Source of the DNA: Ginkgo biloba
Lineage: Eukaryota > Plantae > Ginkgophyta
Length of the DNA: 23,396 nucleotides
Assembly: GCA_024626585.2 (NCBI GenBank)
Contig: JANKJI020000002.1
Location: forward strand, 94,609,105-94,632,500
Direction of reading: 5' to 3'
Both the position numbers and the translations under genes were made by a program. Positions within the stretch are counted from its first letter, which is position 1; each line of letters opens with the position of its first letter. Positions 12,291 through 23,307 of the stretch are shown one piece after another. Under the pieces are notes generated by a model. It searched no databases. It was not told the origin of the DNA and saw only the letters and a list, made by a program, of their open reading frames with translations.

Positions 12291-12863
12291 NNNNNNNNNN
12301 NNNNNNNNNNNNNNNNNNNNNNNNNNNNNNNNNNNNNNNNNNNNNNNNNNNNNNNNNNNNNNNNNNNNNNNNNNNNNNNNNNNNNNNNNNCCCCATCACC
12401 TGATTAAAGATGAAGTGTTAGAACACATTCGTAATCTATTAGGACATTTGGTCAAGATTATTTAAGGAACGTGGAAGAATATCTCTTGCACCAAAATTTT
12501 CATTAAAGAAAATTTAAGTTTAGGTTTACCAACTTTTATCAAGATCAACTTTAGAGAGTATCAACACCTCTAATGATTGGATTATAAAAATATTCTTTAC
12601 AATTCTAATATCTATCATGAATATGGATATTTTCTCGATAACTTTCCTAAACTCCCTAAGGATCTGGTTCAATCTAGTATCGATGAAGGTTTCTAGTAGG
12701 TCAAATAGAGTAAATAAGGCAACCAATAAAACAAAACTTTAACAAAGGGTTTGATTAAAAATAATTGACTAGAACTATCCACCAAACTTCGAAAGGTGGA
12801 ATTTCTTCAAAGTAATAGTTAGGGAAGTTTAAAACATGGAACAACGGGTCCTCAAATCAATTT

Positions 12864-13012
12864 TAGATCCTAGAGAATTTTGACATAAATGTTGTCATGG
12901 AGAAATCAGATCCTATCAGGGAGAATAATATTCATAAGGAAGTATTAACTCATAAGGATGTTGTCATGGATAAGTTAGATCATATTAGGGATATCAATAG
13001 ATCCAAAGAATT
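12864..13012. repeat. Short tandem array, about 69-bp period
   Basis: ATGTTGTCATGGA..AGATC.TAT.AGGGA at 12889-12922 and 12958-12991 (29/34 identical). TAGATCC(T)A.AGAATT recurs at ~12864 and ~12998. Confidence 0.65.
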
Positions 13013-13199
13013 CTTACCTTATCTTTAAAGATAAGAAGAACAAGAGTAATCAATTCTTGAATATTATATTAATGTCTGATGTCTTCCACTAGTCGTCCAT
13101 TTTATTATCAATAAGATTCTTGGCCTCAACGTCCTTCTAGTATAATATTTGTACCTTAGTTATCCATGTTGGTTCCAAAATTGACGTTGCATTGAATTT

Positions 13200-14640
13200 T
13201 ATGTCCTTATATTTTTGAGAAATTACATCGACAACTACATTATCCTTCCCCTTCACGTTTGATATCTCGAAATGCAAAGCTAGAGTATTATATATCCACT
13301 TCCTCTATTCATCTCTTAATGATTGTTGTATGCTACTATGGCAGTTTTGACTTCAAATTTGCTTCCTAGTAAGTACTAATGCCATTTCTCTAACGCATGA
13401 ATAATAACAAGCAATTCCTTATTATATGTTGATATCCTAAATTCTTTGTCATTCATCTTTCTACTCTTGAAATCTATGGACCTTCCATCTTTCATCAAGA
13501 TGGCACTAATCCCCATTCTAGCAACATCAAACTCTAATCTGAATGGTTTTGTAAAGTTGAGGATGGCTAGAACTAGTGTTGTCATTAGTGTTGTTTTCAA
13601 ATCATTGACATTCTTTTCCGTTATATCACTCCACTTACGTCCCTCCATTTTGGTTAGTTTTGTTAGTGGTGTTGCTATGGGAACATAATTTCTTACAAAT
13701 TTCCTATAGAATACTGTCATTCCCAAGTAGCCCCTTAGTTTTATCATTGTATCCATTATCGACCAACTCTTTATGGATCCTATATTTGTCGATCCCATGC
13801 TCACTCCTTTTCTATACTATGGCCTAAGTATTCCAATGATTGCTTTCCAGAAGAGCATTTGTACTTCTTTGCATATAATTCTTATTTCTCTAGTATCTTG
13901 AGTACCTTATCCACATGATCGAGATGGTCTTCCCTTGTCCCTCCATATTTAAACTAGTACAATTATTTCTAAGTACCTTGACAAATACTTTATTTATAAG
14001 GGCTTGAAATGTAGCCAATGAGATTACAAAATATGAAAGGCATCATGCAAAATTCAAAGTTCACTTCATGAGTTCAAAATGCTATCTTGTGTCTATCTTA
14101 TACTCTAATCAAAATTTTGTAATAAACAAACCATAGATTGGTATTTTAAAAGAATTGGGCCCTATGCAATTCATCTATTAAATCGTCAATGCAAGGCATT
14201 AAATTTTTTTCTTAATACATATTTTGTTCAATGCCCTATAATCAATGCATAATCTAAATGATCCATCTTTCTTCCTATCAATATCGATAACTCCTAAGTC
14301 AATTAGGCCCTAGGTCAACCTTTCTATGTCCATTTTATGATTGAATCTATGTCTATATGGTTTCATGATTGTTGACTCTTTTCTAAGCTCCACCACGATG
14401 ATACACTCCATCCCTCTCTATGGTGGCAGAGTTTTGGGCAACTCCTAAAAATTGTAATCGTGCTTATTCAAAATCTATTAGATGTCTCTCTTCTTCTCTT
14501 TGGTCTATTATTCCTTTTTTGTAATTAAATAGGATGATGATCATCTCTCTTCTATGTTGTATATTTCCTTCATTAGAGTGAAAAATTTTCCTAAACATTC
14601 CATTCCTTTTCTTTGTGACACTGTGCCTTTCACCTAGAAA
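13200..14640 (-). pseudogene. pol: Degenerate Ty3/gypsy (chromovirus-type) pol: RT and RNase H
   Basis: Minus strand gives RKKDGSFRLCIDYRALNKI (~14215-14275), MPCIDDLIDELHRP, LRGYLGMTVFYRKFVRNY..PLTKLTK and LAILNFTKPFRLEFDVARMGISAILMKDGRSIDFKSRKM..STYNKELLVIIHALEKWH (ORF 13376-13804). EISNVKGKDNVVVDVIS follows at ~13215-13270. Confidence 0.93.
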
Positions 14641-14887
14641 TTGTCAAGAAGTTAAAAAACATGAATTTTTAGAACATTTTGCCAACTTCTTGACAACTTG
14701 AGCGGCCTGCAATCTTATCCCAGGGTTTTCTCTAGCGATTTCCTCCTTCACAGTGAAAAACAAAATGAACAATTTTTAGAACTCAGCTCCAACTAAGGTT
14801 TCTTCTTGCCAAAAAACTCTCACGCAAATTTTTTCTTTAAAAAAATTCTCATTAGGATTGCACAGTCCTGAAAATCTTCTAAACCAC

Positions 14888-14899
14888 GCTCTGATACCA
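14888..14899 (-). promoter_or_regulatory. tRNA-iMet primer-binding site
   Basis: GCTCTGATACCA on + is TGGTATCAGAGC on -, two nucleotides from the LTR end. Confidence 0.92.
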
Positions 14900-14901
14900 A
14901 A

Positions 14902-15181
14902 TGTTGGTATTAGAGCCTTCAACACTTTCAAAAATCAAATATACTTCAAGAAATCCAATAAAACAAGATGCTAGAAATCTTAGAACCTCTCATTGATTTA
15001 CAAATCAAGTTACAACAGTTTTTATAGAAAGGAATTGACTAACTGCTAAATATAATCTAACTAATTCTACGAATAGACTAACTGTTTCTAAGCATAGAAT
15101 AACAACCTTTGACTATTTGACTTGACTGAATATTCAAAGGTTGTTATTCTATGCTTAGAATAACAACCTTTGAATATTCAG
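14902..15181 (-). mobile_element. 5' LTR (3' portion) of the minus-strand element, truncated by the gap
   Basis: The minus strand ends ...CCAACA at 14902 next to the PBS. A TATA-like TCTATAAAAA lies at ~15019-15028 on -. Confidence 0.8.
15086..15181. repeat. Overlapping perfect inverted repeats (fold-back)
   Basis: 15086-15112 is the reverse complement of 15134-15160 (27 bp). 15126-15151 is the reverse complement of 15156-15181 (26 bp, 4-nt loop). Confidence 0.95.
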
Positions 15182-15899
15182 NNNNNNNNNNNNNNNNNNN
15201 NNNNNNNNNNNNNNNNNNNNNNNNNNNNNNNNNNNNNNNNNNNNNNNNNNNNNNNNNNNNNNNNNNNNNNNNNNNNNNNNNAGAGAAGTTTTTCAAAAAG
15301 ATAAAAATGATGAATTAGGATGTCTATGAAGTTTTTCACCTTATAAGGGATGTTTATATCATGATATTAGGACCCTTATAACAAGGTGAGGTGACACTCG
15401 GCATACATCTAAGATAAGGTTGGGATAACCTACTATTATCAAGTCTTAGAAGAAGATTGATATTATTTATGCCTTGAGAGTTGGGAGGAGGTATAGCTTA
15501 GGATAGGCCAAACTCAAGCTTCCCAAGGCACTTCATCTCAATCCCATGCAAAAGATGAGGAGGTAGAGAAAATTGATGAATTCATAAAGCATAAATTGCT
15601 AAGTGTGATTCTAACTAGATCGCTTGAGGTTTGGATACCTCAAATGGTTACAACTACTATGGTTATACTTCTACTTCCCTTACTACATTAGATTCTAATT
15701 CAAGGGTTACAAATATATTTTTAGTAAGACCCACTACTTCCACTACATCAAATATTGACACTCATTACTAACACTTAAATATTCCTCCACTAAGAGGTAT
15801 GTTCTCACCTATTACTCCACCCCTCTCATTACCTACTTCTCCCATTCTTCCTTCCTTCACCACTCCTTCCTTAGCCCTCTCCACCACATCTCCCTACAC

Positions 15900-16579
15900 C
15901 TCTATGTCATAAGACACCTTCCTCACTAATGAGGAATGCATTATTATTTCCTCGACATTTCTCCCACTTTCTTCCCCTTCCACTTCATCATCCCTTCCAT
16001 CCATTGCCACTATTTTTAGAGGAGAGGAAGTACATAGAAGTTCAGATATGGAGATTACTCTTCCTCTTAATTTATCATATGGAATCAAGGTCTCTCTTTT
16101 TATCTCACTCAAGATTACTTCTTGTGAACTTTGAGCCTTGGGTGGTTGTTGGCATTTTGGTTGGGTTACCTGTGACTATCTTTGGTTCGTAAGAATCCAT
16201 CTTTTACATGCTTGTTCCCCTTCCTTAGCTTGCCTCACAAAATAGGTTGCATCATCCAACATTTGTAGCCTCTGCATCCTCACTCCTACTCTTATTTACG
16301 ACCTTAAGCGAGCAATGTAATATTCTTGAATATCTTCTTTGGAAATTTCTTCCTTAGTCTCCAAGATTTTTAATTGTTTGATATACTCTGCCACAATCTA
16401 TTATCGTTGGTGGAAATGGGTTGGTTGAATATTATAGGAGTCACTCCAATTTCAATATTCTCTTTTGTAGAAGTCATTAATGAATGTCTAAAAGCATCCA
16501 GAATTTATGAATTATCCTTCAACCACCTTGCATGGCATGAGTGTGCTACTCGTTCCATGAATTGTAACATTGTACGAAT
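15900..16579 (-). pseudogene. gag: Degenerate Ty3/gypsy gag (Retrotrans_gag capsid-like region)
   Basis: Minus-strand IVAEYIKQLKILETKEEISKEDIQEYYIARLRS*IRVGVRMQRLQMLDDATYFVRQAKEG (~16220-16400) fits the V.EY..F..L...E..L...FI.GL...IR..V....P.TL..A...AR gag pattern. It is preceded by a VAHS.HARW helix motif (~16520-16550). Confidence 0.72.
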
Positions 16580-16899
16580 NNNNNNNNNNNNNNNNNNNNN
16601 NNNNNNNNNNNNNNNNNNNNNNNNNNNNNNNNNNNNNNNNNNNNNNNNNNNNNNNNNNNNNNNNNNNNNNNNNNNNNNNGCATCACTGGCAACATGTCAT
16701 CTATCATTCGCTGTGTAGGATTCTATAGTAAGTTTTGGTATTTAAGGGGATAGAAAACATTAATGTAAGATGTCATATAGTCTTATTTGGTATAAGGATT
16801 TTCCCATGAGTTAATATAGTATTACTATCTAAGTGAGATCCAGGTGACATCCATCCTATTGATAGGTACTTAGTGATACCAATACACTATTTTGGAATT

Positions 16900-17853
16900 G
16901 TTCCATTAGAAATAAATTTCCATATGGGAAATCATTCGCTACACTAGTTGTTACTTCCCTAATTGCAATATGAGAAAGTTAGTTAGGGACTCCATGAACT
17001 TTCCCCAGTTATGTTAATTCTTCAAATAACAACATCCATTGAGTAAGTCATATAATAACAATGAATTGATAATAAGGTGTATTAATGCTTAACAATCTAG
17101 GTAAAAATATAAGTGATTTGCAAATAGACAATGTTGGAGATTATGAATAGAATAAACCATTTAGAGTCATTAACTCTCAGTGGAAAGTAGTTATTCTCTA
17201 CTAAAGTGAGCTTTTAGCTTGGAAAACAAATGCTTGATCAATATTGTCATCACCTATGTAGGGGAGAATGAAACTATTGGGAAATAATGAAGCATTAATA
17301 TAGATAAAGAACATCTTGTTCCAATAATGAAATCTTAAGGTGCATGGATGAAGCTTTGTTTGAGTTCTTTGAATGCCTTCTATTAATTATTTTCCCATCC
17401 CCATTCTATTCTTTCTTTAGTAGTGCTTCAAATGGACTAGATATATGTGCATAAACTTTTATAAGTTATCAATAATAATTAGTTAACCTAAAGAATCCAC
17501 TCAACTAGTTGGGATTCATAGGAGTATGATACACTATAATTAGAGCCACTTTTGTCAAATCTATTAGGGGCCTTCCTTGGTGATGATATATCCTAATTCA
17601 TTCTAATTAGTATTAGAAATTGGCATTTCAATTGATTAAGGCTCAGGTTGTTCTTGCAATAGAGGCATAGTATCTCTTTGATACCATCATGGTCATCTTA
17701 CAATACATTGTACAACATCCATTTGTTTAGGAATAATTTGACTTGCTTCCATCAGTGTATTTGAAATCATACTAGAAAATTGGCACATTGTTGAAGCTTA
17801 ATGGAAAACCCGATAATCATACATCCCCCATTACATGGAGAATGTAGCCTTCA
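16900..17853 (-). pseudogene. pol: Degenerate Ty3/gypsy (non-chromovirus-like) pol: RT C-terminal half and RNase H
   Basis: Minus strand gives KATFSM*WGMYDYRVF (cf. KTTFxTxWGxFxYRVMPFGL), LGYIITKEG, AFKELKQSFIHAP, WNKMFFIYINAS (RNase H xDAS), GDDNIDQAFVF and VENNY. LSHIAIREVTTSVANDFP is the RH-INT linker (~16925-16985). Confidence 0.82.
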
Positions 17854-19532
17854 NNNNNNNNNNNNNNNNNNNNNNNNNNNNNNNNNNNNNNNNNNNNNNN
17901 NNNNNNNNNNNNNNNNNNNNNNNNNNNNNNNNNNNNNNNNNNNNNNNNNNNNNNNNNNNNNNNNNNNNNNNNNNNNNNNNNNNNNNNNNNNNNNNNNNNN
18001 NNNNNNNNNNNNNNNNNNNNNNNNNNNNNNNNNNNNNNNNNNNNNNNNNNNNNNNNNNNNNNNNNNNNNNNNNNNNNNNNNNNNNNNNNNNNNNNNNNNN
18101 NNNNNNNNNNNNNNNNNNNNNNNNNNNNNNNNNNNNNNNNNNNNNNNNNNNNNNNNNNNNNNNTTTAATTTTTCTCTCTCTTGTCCTTTATAGAAAATGT
18201 TGATTTCCATTCAAAGCAAAATTGGAATTTGACAATCATATGCTTGTTTTTGGGCATTTTAACCATAAAATACATTTCAAAAGAAATTTAGATTGTCATT
18301 TGCAACCAACAAGACTTCCATAAATCTCTATTTTTTTCTTACCACGTTATATGTTAAAAACAAACTCTATGTTGTTATCGCAATCAAACTTTCTATTTCA
18401 AAAACTACACAAGGTTATCAAAATGGCACAAAATCAAGGGTTTAGAGCAATATTCGAACTTGTTTATATATGAATTTGATTGCAGTAGGATCACTCTCTC
18501 ATCAAATAATTTATTGTCACAGTTATAGAAAGATCATCTCCCCACTAGGTATTTTTTATGTGTTAGTAGATTTTCTCAAAATCATATATAATAATGAGCG
18601 AGGGGGTAAACTATTGGATTCACAAAATCTAAATATGGAAAAAACAAGATTAAATAATAAATCCCATCACATCTTGAAGTATACACACAACATGGAGTAT
18701 ATACATCTTGAGCACTACAAGAGGGCTGACATATTTACAATTGGGAATTTTGACTAATGTTTGTGAGCTAGAATTTCTCAATTGCAGGAACAAAAAGTAA
18801 TAACACTAAAGGATTGTAGAGACGTTGATAGCAGGAGAAAATATGGGGCAATATTGATCTAGAACCCAGAATGCGTACATTGGAAGTTGAATTTAACATT
18901 TAAAAGTTCTAGAGATTTGAACATAAAACAAAATATCATATCCATGGGCAAGGACCATATTCATAAATAAATCGTTCTCTTCATTAAAAATCAAGAAGTG
19001 AAATCAAAGTCCATAAATTAGAGGGCTTTATCTCTAAAATGAGACTAAAAATCAGAGTGCACAAAAATTATTACTTCTTTGAGATTCAACTTACATTTGT
19101 ATATGGAGCCATAAGCTAAATCTTGGAAAGATCATAGGTTCAAAACCTAGAATAATCACAATATATTGCCTAGTATAAAGAAGAGAAATGACAAGTGAAA
19201 TTCTTGGTGAAATCATAATATTTTCCTTAGTAAAAAGGTGCCTTGGCTAGAAATTTCCATAACTCTCTTATCTCTTTTGTCAAGAAGAAGAACACCAAAA
19301 GTCTCCAAAAAGCCTCTCCAAATATTTTCCAAAAAGTCTCCCCTTCAAATGAGCTTTTTAAGAGTTTTAATATCTTTTTTAATAACTATTCATTCAATTA
19401 TTATAATTGTTTGTTCAACTTCCAAAAAGGTGTTTGTTCATTTTTTATTTTGGTATTTTTTTTTTTTTTTTTTGATTTCATAATTTTTGCATTTTNNNNN
19501 NNNNNNNNNNNNNNNNNNNNNNNNNNNNNNNN

Positions 19533-19905
19533 GCGACGATAGTTTCTTGTTTGCGACGTTTTACCTTTTTTTGCAACTTTGCAACTTTGTGTGATCTCAT
19601 GGGCTTTGCAATTTCTCACAAAACTTGTATAATCTTGCAAAACTTGCATCTCCTCACGAACGTTATGTGATCTCGCAAACGTTACATAGTCTCGCGACTT
19701 TTACCTTTTCGCGCAATCTCGCGGCACTTTCCATTTCCTACAAACTTTACGTGATCTCACAAACCTTGCATCTCTTTGTGACCTCGCACAATTTGTGCAA
19801 TCTTGTGAATTTTACACAATCTCACAAAATTTGTGCAATCTTGTGAATTTTATGAGATCTCGCACACTTGCATTTTCTCGCTACAGTGCATTTTTTGCAA
19901 TTTTC
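19533..19905. repeat. Degenerate short-motif array (TCTCGCA/TCTCACA/CTTGCA family), possibly DNA-transposon subterminal repeats
   Basis: Repeated variants of (A)TCTCGCA(A) and TTG(T/C)G(C/T)(A/G)A spaced ~15-20 bp apart. Exact 24-bp repeat ATTTGTGCAATCTTGTGAATTTTA at 19791-19814 and 19829-19852. Locally CpG-rich. Confidence 0.7.
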
Positions 19906-20320
19906 ATAGGCCAACTTCTTAAGTCCATAACTTTCATATATGGACTTGGTTTTTAAAAAAAGAGATATCTCCAAGAATTTATTGACGTATAATTTCTGAA
20001 TATGTAAGTTTAAATATTTTAAAATGCACAAATTTTCATATAAATTCCTTGTTACCTTGCATACTACTTGTTTATCCATCCAGTTATCTGGGTACTTAAT
20101 CAGCTCACTTTTCACATCGATTTCTTACTTTGTTCACTTGGAACATTTAGAAAACCTAAAATAATTATGCTAGAAACATTATAAGGTGGTTTTGTCATGC
20201 AATTATCAACTCTCTATCACCATAAAAATTGAAGCTAATAATGATTCTACTTCATTAGATTCAACCCAGATCAAACCTCCTTCCTTTAAGGATGGTGGTC
20301 TCCATCATCTTCTTACTTAG

Positions 20321-20517
20321 TGTAGACACCCAAAACCTGCATTAAAACCACCATTCTAGTCAATTAACTATATCATGACTCCATCCACCCATGATCAATT
20401 AGCTAATTGATCATAATTAATTAGCTTAGTATTTCCTAGCTAAACCCATGCACAAACAATCAATCCAAAAAATTAAAAAAATCCCATTAACCCATTATCA
20501 ATTAGTTATTAGTCACT
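20321..20517 (+). mobile_element. Terminus of a Tat/Ogre-like Ty3/gypsy LTR, truncated by the gap
   Basis: Starts TGTAGACACC, a terminus I recall from Tat/Ogre LTRs, followed by an AT-rich AATTAATTA-type tract. Confidence 0.5.
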
Positions 20518-22122
20518 NNNNNNNNNNNNNNNNNNNNNNNNNNNNNNNNNNNNNNNNNNNNNNNNNNNNNNNNNNNNNNNNNNNNNNNNNNNNNNNNNNN
20601 NNNNNNNNNNNNNNNNNCATTTCATGCAAAGTAAAATGCAATGGCCTGTGTGTGCCAATATTCTTCCACCTTGTATAAACTATACCCCAAATCTTGCTTA
20701 AAAGAAAACATTCTAATCATATCACCAAATCGAATATATAAAATCACTATATTTTATAAATGGGATTCCCTGCCATCACATAAAAGAAACAAGTAGTAAG
20801 TGTGTAATTGGTTTGAATCAGAATGATAAATATTCTATGGTAAGGGGTGGTTCATGTTCATTTTGTATTAGAATGATTTACGAAGGTTGGCATTGGAGGA
20901 GACAATTCCCAAATTGGTTATGATGCTCAATAGTGAGGAAGTCTCACAAGCATAGACAAAAGGAAGGGGGGGTGAGTCTAGTGGGGCTAAACAAAACAAG
21001 ATCTATAAACAATTGAGAAATCATAAGACTGCAAATAATAATTACCATATAGTGGTGCAAATCACATTTTTTGTCCTAGTACTCTTTTTTACTAGGGAGT
21101 TTATATGTGGTATCACTTGATAGATTGTAAGGCCAAAAGTCAACCTCCTTTATGTTGTTAAATCCCTAAATATAGTGATTTTTTAAGGATTCACTACTAT
21201 AATTTACCAAAAATTCATATATTTTACAAAATATAACAACAAAAGAACGAATCATGCACTATATAATAAAATAATCCATGCCTGAAGTTAAATAAATCAT
21301 AATATCACACTTGACAATATCGCAAGACTCAGCTATGTCGAAATACCACAAATGGGCAAATGATCTGAAAACATATTCCAAGTCACAAATCATTATTAAA
21401 ATTTAGTCTTAAGTGCCCTTATTTACTAAAAATGGGCATCCTTGGCCTAAACCCTAGCCTAACTCTACTTAGCATATAATTGTTGTTAAACTTAGAAATA
21501 TAGGCCAAACACTTATTTGTGCATGATTATTATAAGCAACAATATTAATATGCATTTTTTTAGAGACATAGCATACCATCCTCTCTTAACATACTTCGCC
21601 TTGTGGCCATGCAGGGTCTCCATTGTCCACTCCAACTTCAACATCTATAGGCCCACCTCTTGGAGCCTAGGAGTCTTCCTTTGGGTTCTTATTAAATTAC
21701 ACTATTTTTTAAAATGCATTTACCTTAAATCATCTATTTGAAAATGCTTACATACTTTTCTCTCTTTATCATTCCTCTTAGATTGGTTTCTTCCATCTCG
21801 AGCACTTCATAAGTTTGGATCTCTTTATGAAGTTGAATGAATGTTCTCATGATTCACATTTGTAGTCTCACAATTTGACTTCTTAATAGTCAGGATGTCG
21901 ATATGGCTCTACTTGCTTACATATTGGTTTTTCTTTCATTATGCTTAGGACACTGCTATGACGATCTTGTGCATGTTTTTCTTTTGTTCTTTATGCTTGT
22001 TTTGAGTGTTGACATTGTATCTCATAATGGTGTTCACTCTTGATCTTCTTTTGATGTGATGTGACATGTATTCTTAGTTTTTTTGCTATTGAAGGCCTTG
22101 CTATTGTATGAAATTCAAGAGA

Positions 22123-23307
22123 AATCCATCATATTGTACACTCACTTTAAAATTTGATATCAACGGTCTCCTTTTTAATTATTTCTACTTCTTATCAAGT
22201 GCTTCACATTTAGCTTCTTATACTTCTTCCTCTTATTTAAGTTCTTCATGTACAACATCTACTTTATCATCTTCATCATCATATCCTTCTTATGCCTTTT
22301 CTTCTTTTCCTTTTGGTTTTTACTGTCCTCTTTCTTTATAGAATTCTTTATTTAATTCATACAAATATTCTTTCATTTGAGCCCATTTCTTTTGAATGTT
22401 TTATGTCCTTCTATAAATTGTCTCTTGAATTATTCTTTTGAACCTATTTTTAGATTCTTTCACTTTCTTCAACACGTTATTTATTCCTTTTATAAAATTC
22501 CAATAATTATCTTATTTAATCTAGACTCAAATTTCCCATCACTACACTTTCCCTCATAAGCTTAGCTAAGAAAGTCTTCATTTACTTTGTGTCAGTCTTC
22601 TTTCATTGGAGCCCATTTCTTTTGAATGCTTTTTGTGCTCTTATGAATTTTCTATTGATTTTTTTCCTACAGTTTTTTTTTAAAGCTCTCTTTATATTCT
22701 TCCACTATCTCTAACATATTATTTATTCCTTTCTAAAATTCAATATGATGCCCTTATTTTATCTAGACTCAAATTTTCCATAGCTACACTAGCTCTTGTA
22801 AGATTTGGATGAAAGGCACATTAATCCATCCCATTGTGAACTAATTTCCAAAATTTATCTCAATGGTCTCATCTTTTATCATTTCCACTTCTTGTTCAAG
22901 TGCTTCATATTTAGCTTCGGATACTTCTTTCTCTTCTTTATATTCTCCATGTTCAAAATTTACTTCTTCTTCATCATCATCATCTCCTTTCTATGCATTT
23001 TATTCTTTTTCTTTCTTCCCTCTTCTTCTCTTTCTTTGCATAAGTCTTTCCTTATTTCTTATACATCATTTTTCATTTGAGCCCATTTCATTTGCATGTT
23101 TTGTGTGTTTTTTTAGCGTGTTTTCTATGCTTCAATGAATTATCTCTTGGATTGTTTCTTGAAATCTTTCTTTAAGCCTCTCTCTAAATTCTTCCACTCT
23201 CTTTAACATATTATTTATTCCTTCCTAAAATTCCACTAATGTCATTATACCTGAATTGGACTTAAATTTCCATCAACACATTTTCTCTTGTAAGCTTAAC
23301 TCAAAGG
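22123..23307 (-). repeat. Modular tandem amplification A-B-B-A-B within a degenerate minus-strand ORF
   Basis: Unit A starts AATCCATC at 22123 and 22823 (period 700). Unit B starts TTTCATT(T/G)GAGCCCATTTC at 22371, 22601 and 23071, and each B contains TTATTTATTCCTT and ..GACT(C/T)AAATTT. Confidence 0.88.

Larger units (their letters stand above)
2827..20617. other. Assembly gaps: nine of exactly 100 N (starting 2827, 4947, 6590, 8405, 9874, 12291, 15182, 16580, 20518) and four sized gaps (6950-6969, 10204-10229, 17854-18163, 19496-19532)
   Basis: Directly counted N runs. Confidence 0.98.

Noticed and set aside
13446-13688. + strand 80-aa ORF; likewise 9407-9691 (-), 8614-8808 (-), 215-397 (-) and 15929-16192 (+)
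   Set aside because: Antisense shadows of transposon coding sequence on the other strand.
15900-17853. Novel pol-before-gag gene order on the minus strand
   Set aside because: The two fragments are on different contigs separated by a 100-N gap and appear to be from different lineages.
2715-20678. ORF-track entries containing X runs (e.g. 2715-2984, 4823-5065, 8341-8634, 12250-12465, 16374-16718, 17801-18210, 20448-20678)
   Set aside because: They are open only because N gaps contain no stop codons. The sole exception is the pre-gap part of 9772-10005, which is LINE ORF2.
20915-20990. GGTTATGATGCTCA..GTGAGG..AAGGGGGGGTGAGTCTAG as a decayed minus-strand PBS and copia/SIRE-like LTR end
   Set aside because: The PBS match is too degenerate and there is no second boundary; plausible but unsupported.
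22371-23090. Three TTTCATT(T/G)GAGCCCATTTC repeats as a CRISPR-like array
   Set aside because: Spacing is 230 and 470 bp, the intervening sequences are homologous to each other, the context is eukaryotic and there are no cas genes.
22108-23138. Ser/Phe-rich + strand ORFs resembling membrane or secreted peptides
   Set aside because: These are reverse-complement readings of GAA/GAT/AAA-rich minus-strand sequence; the composition is an artefact.
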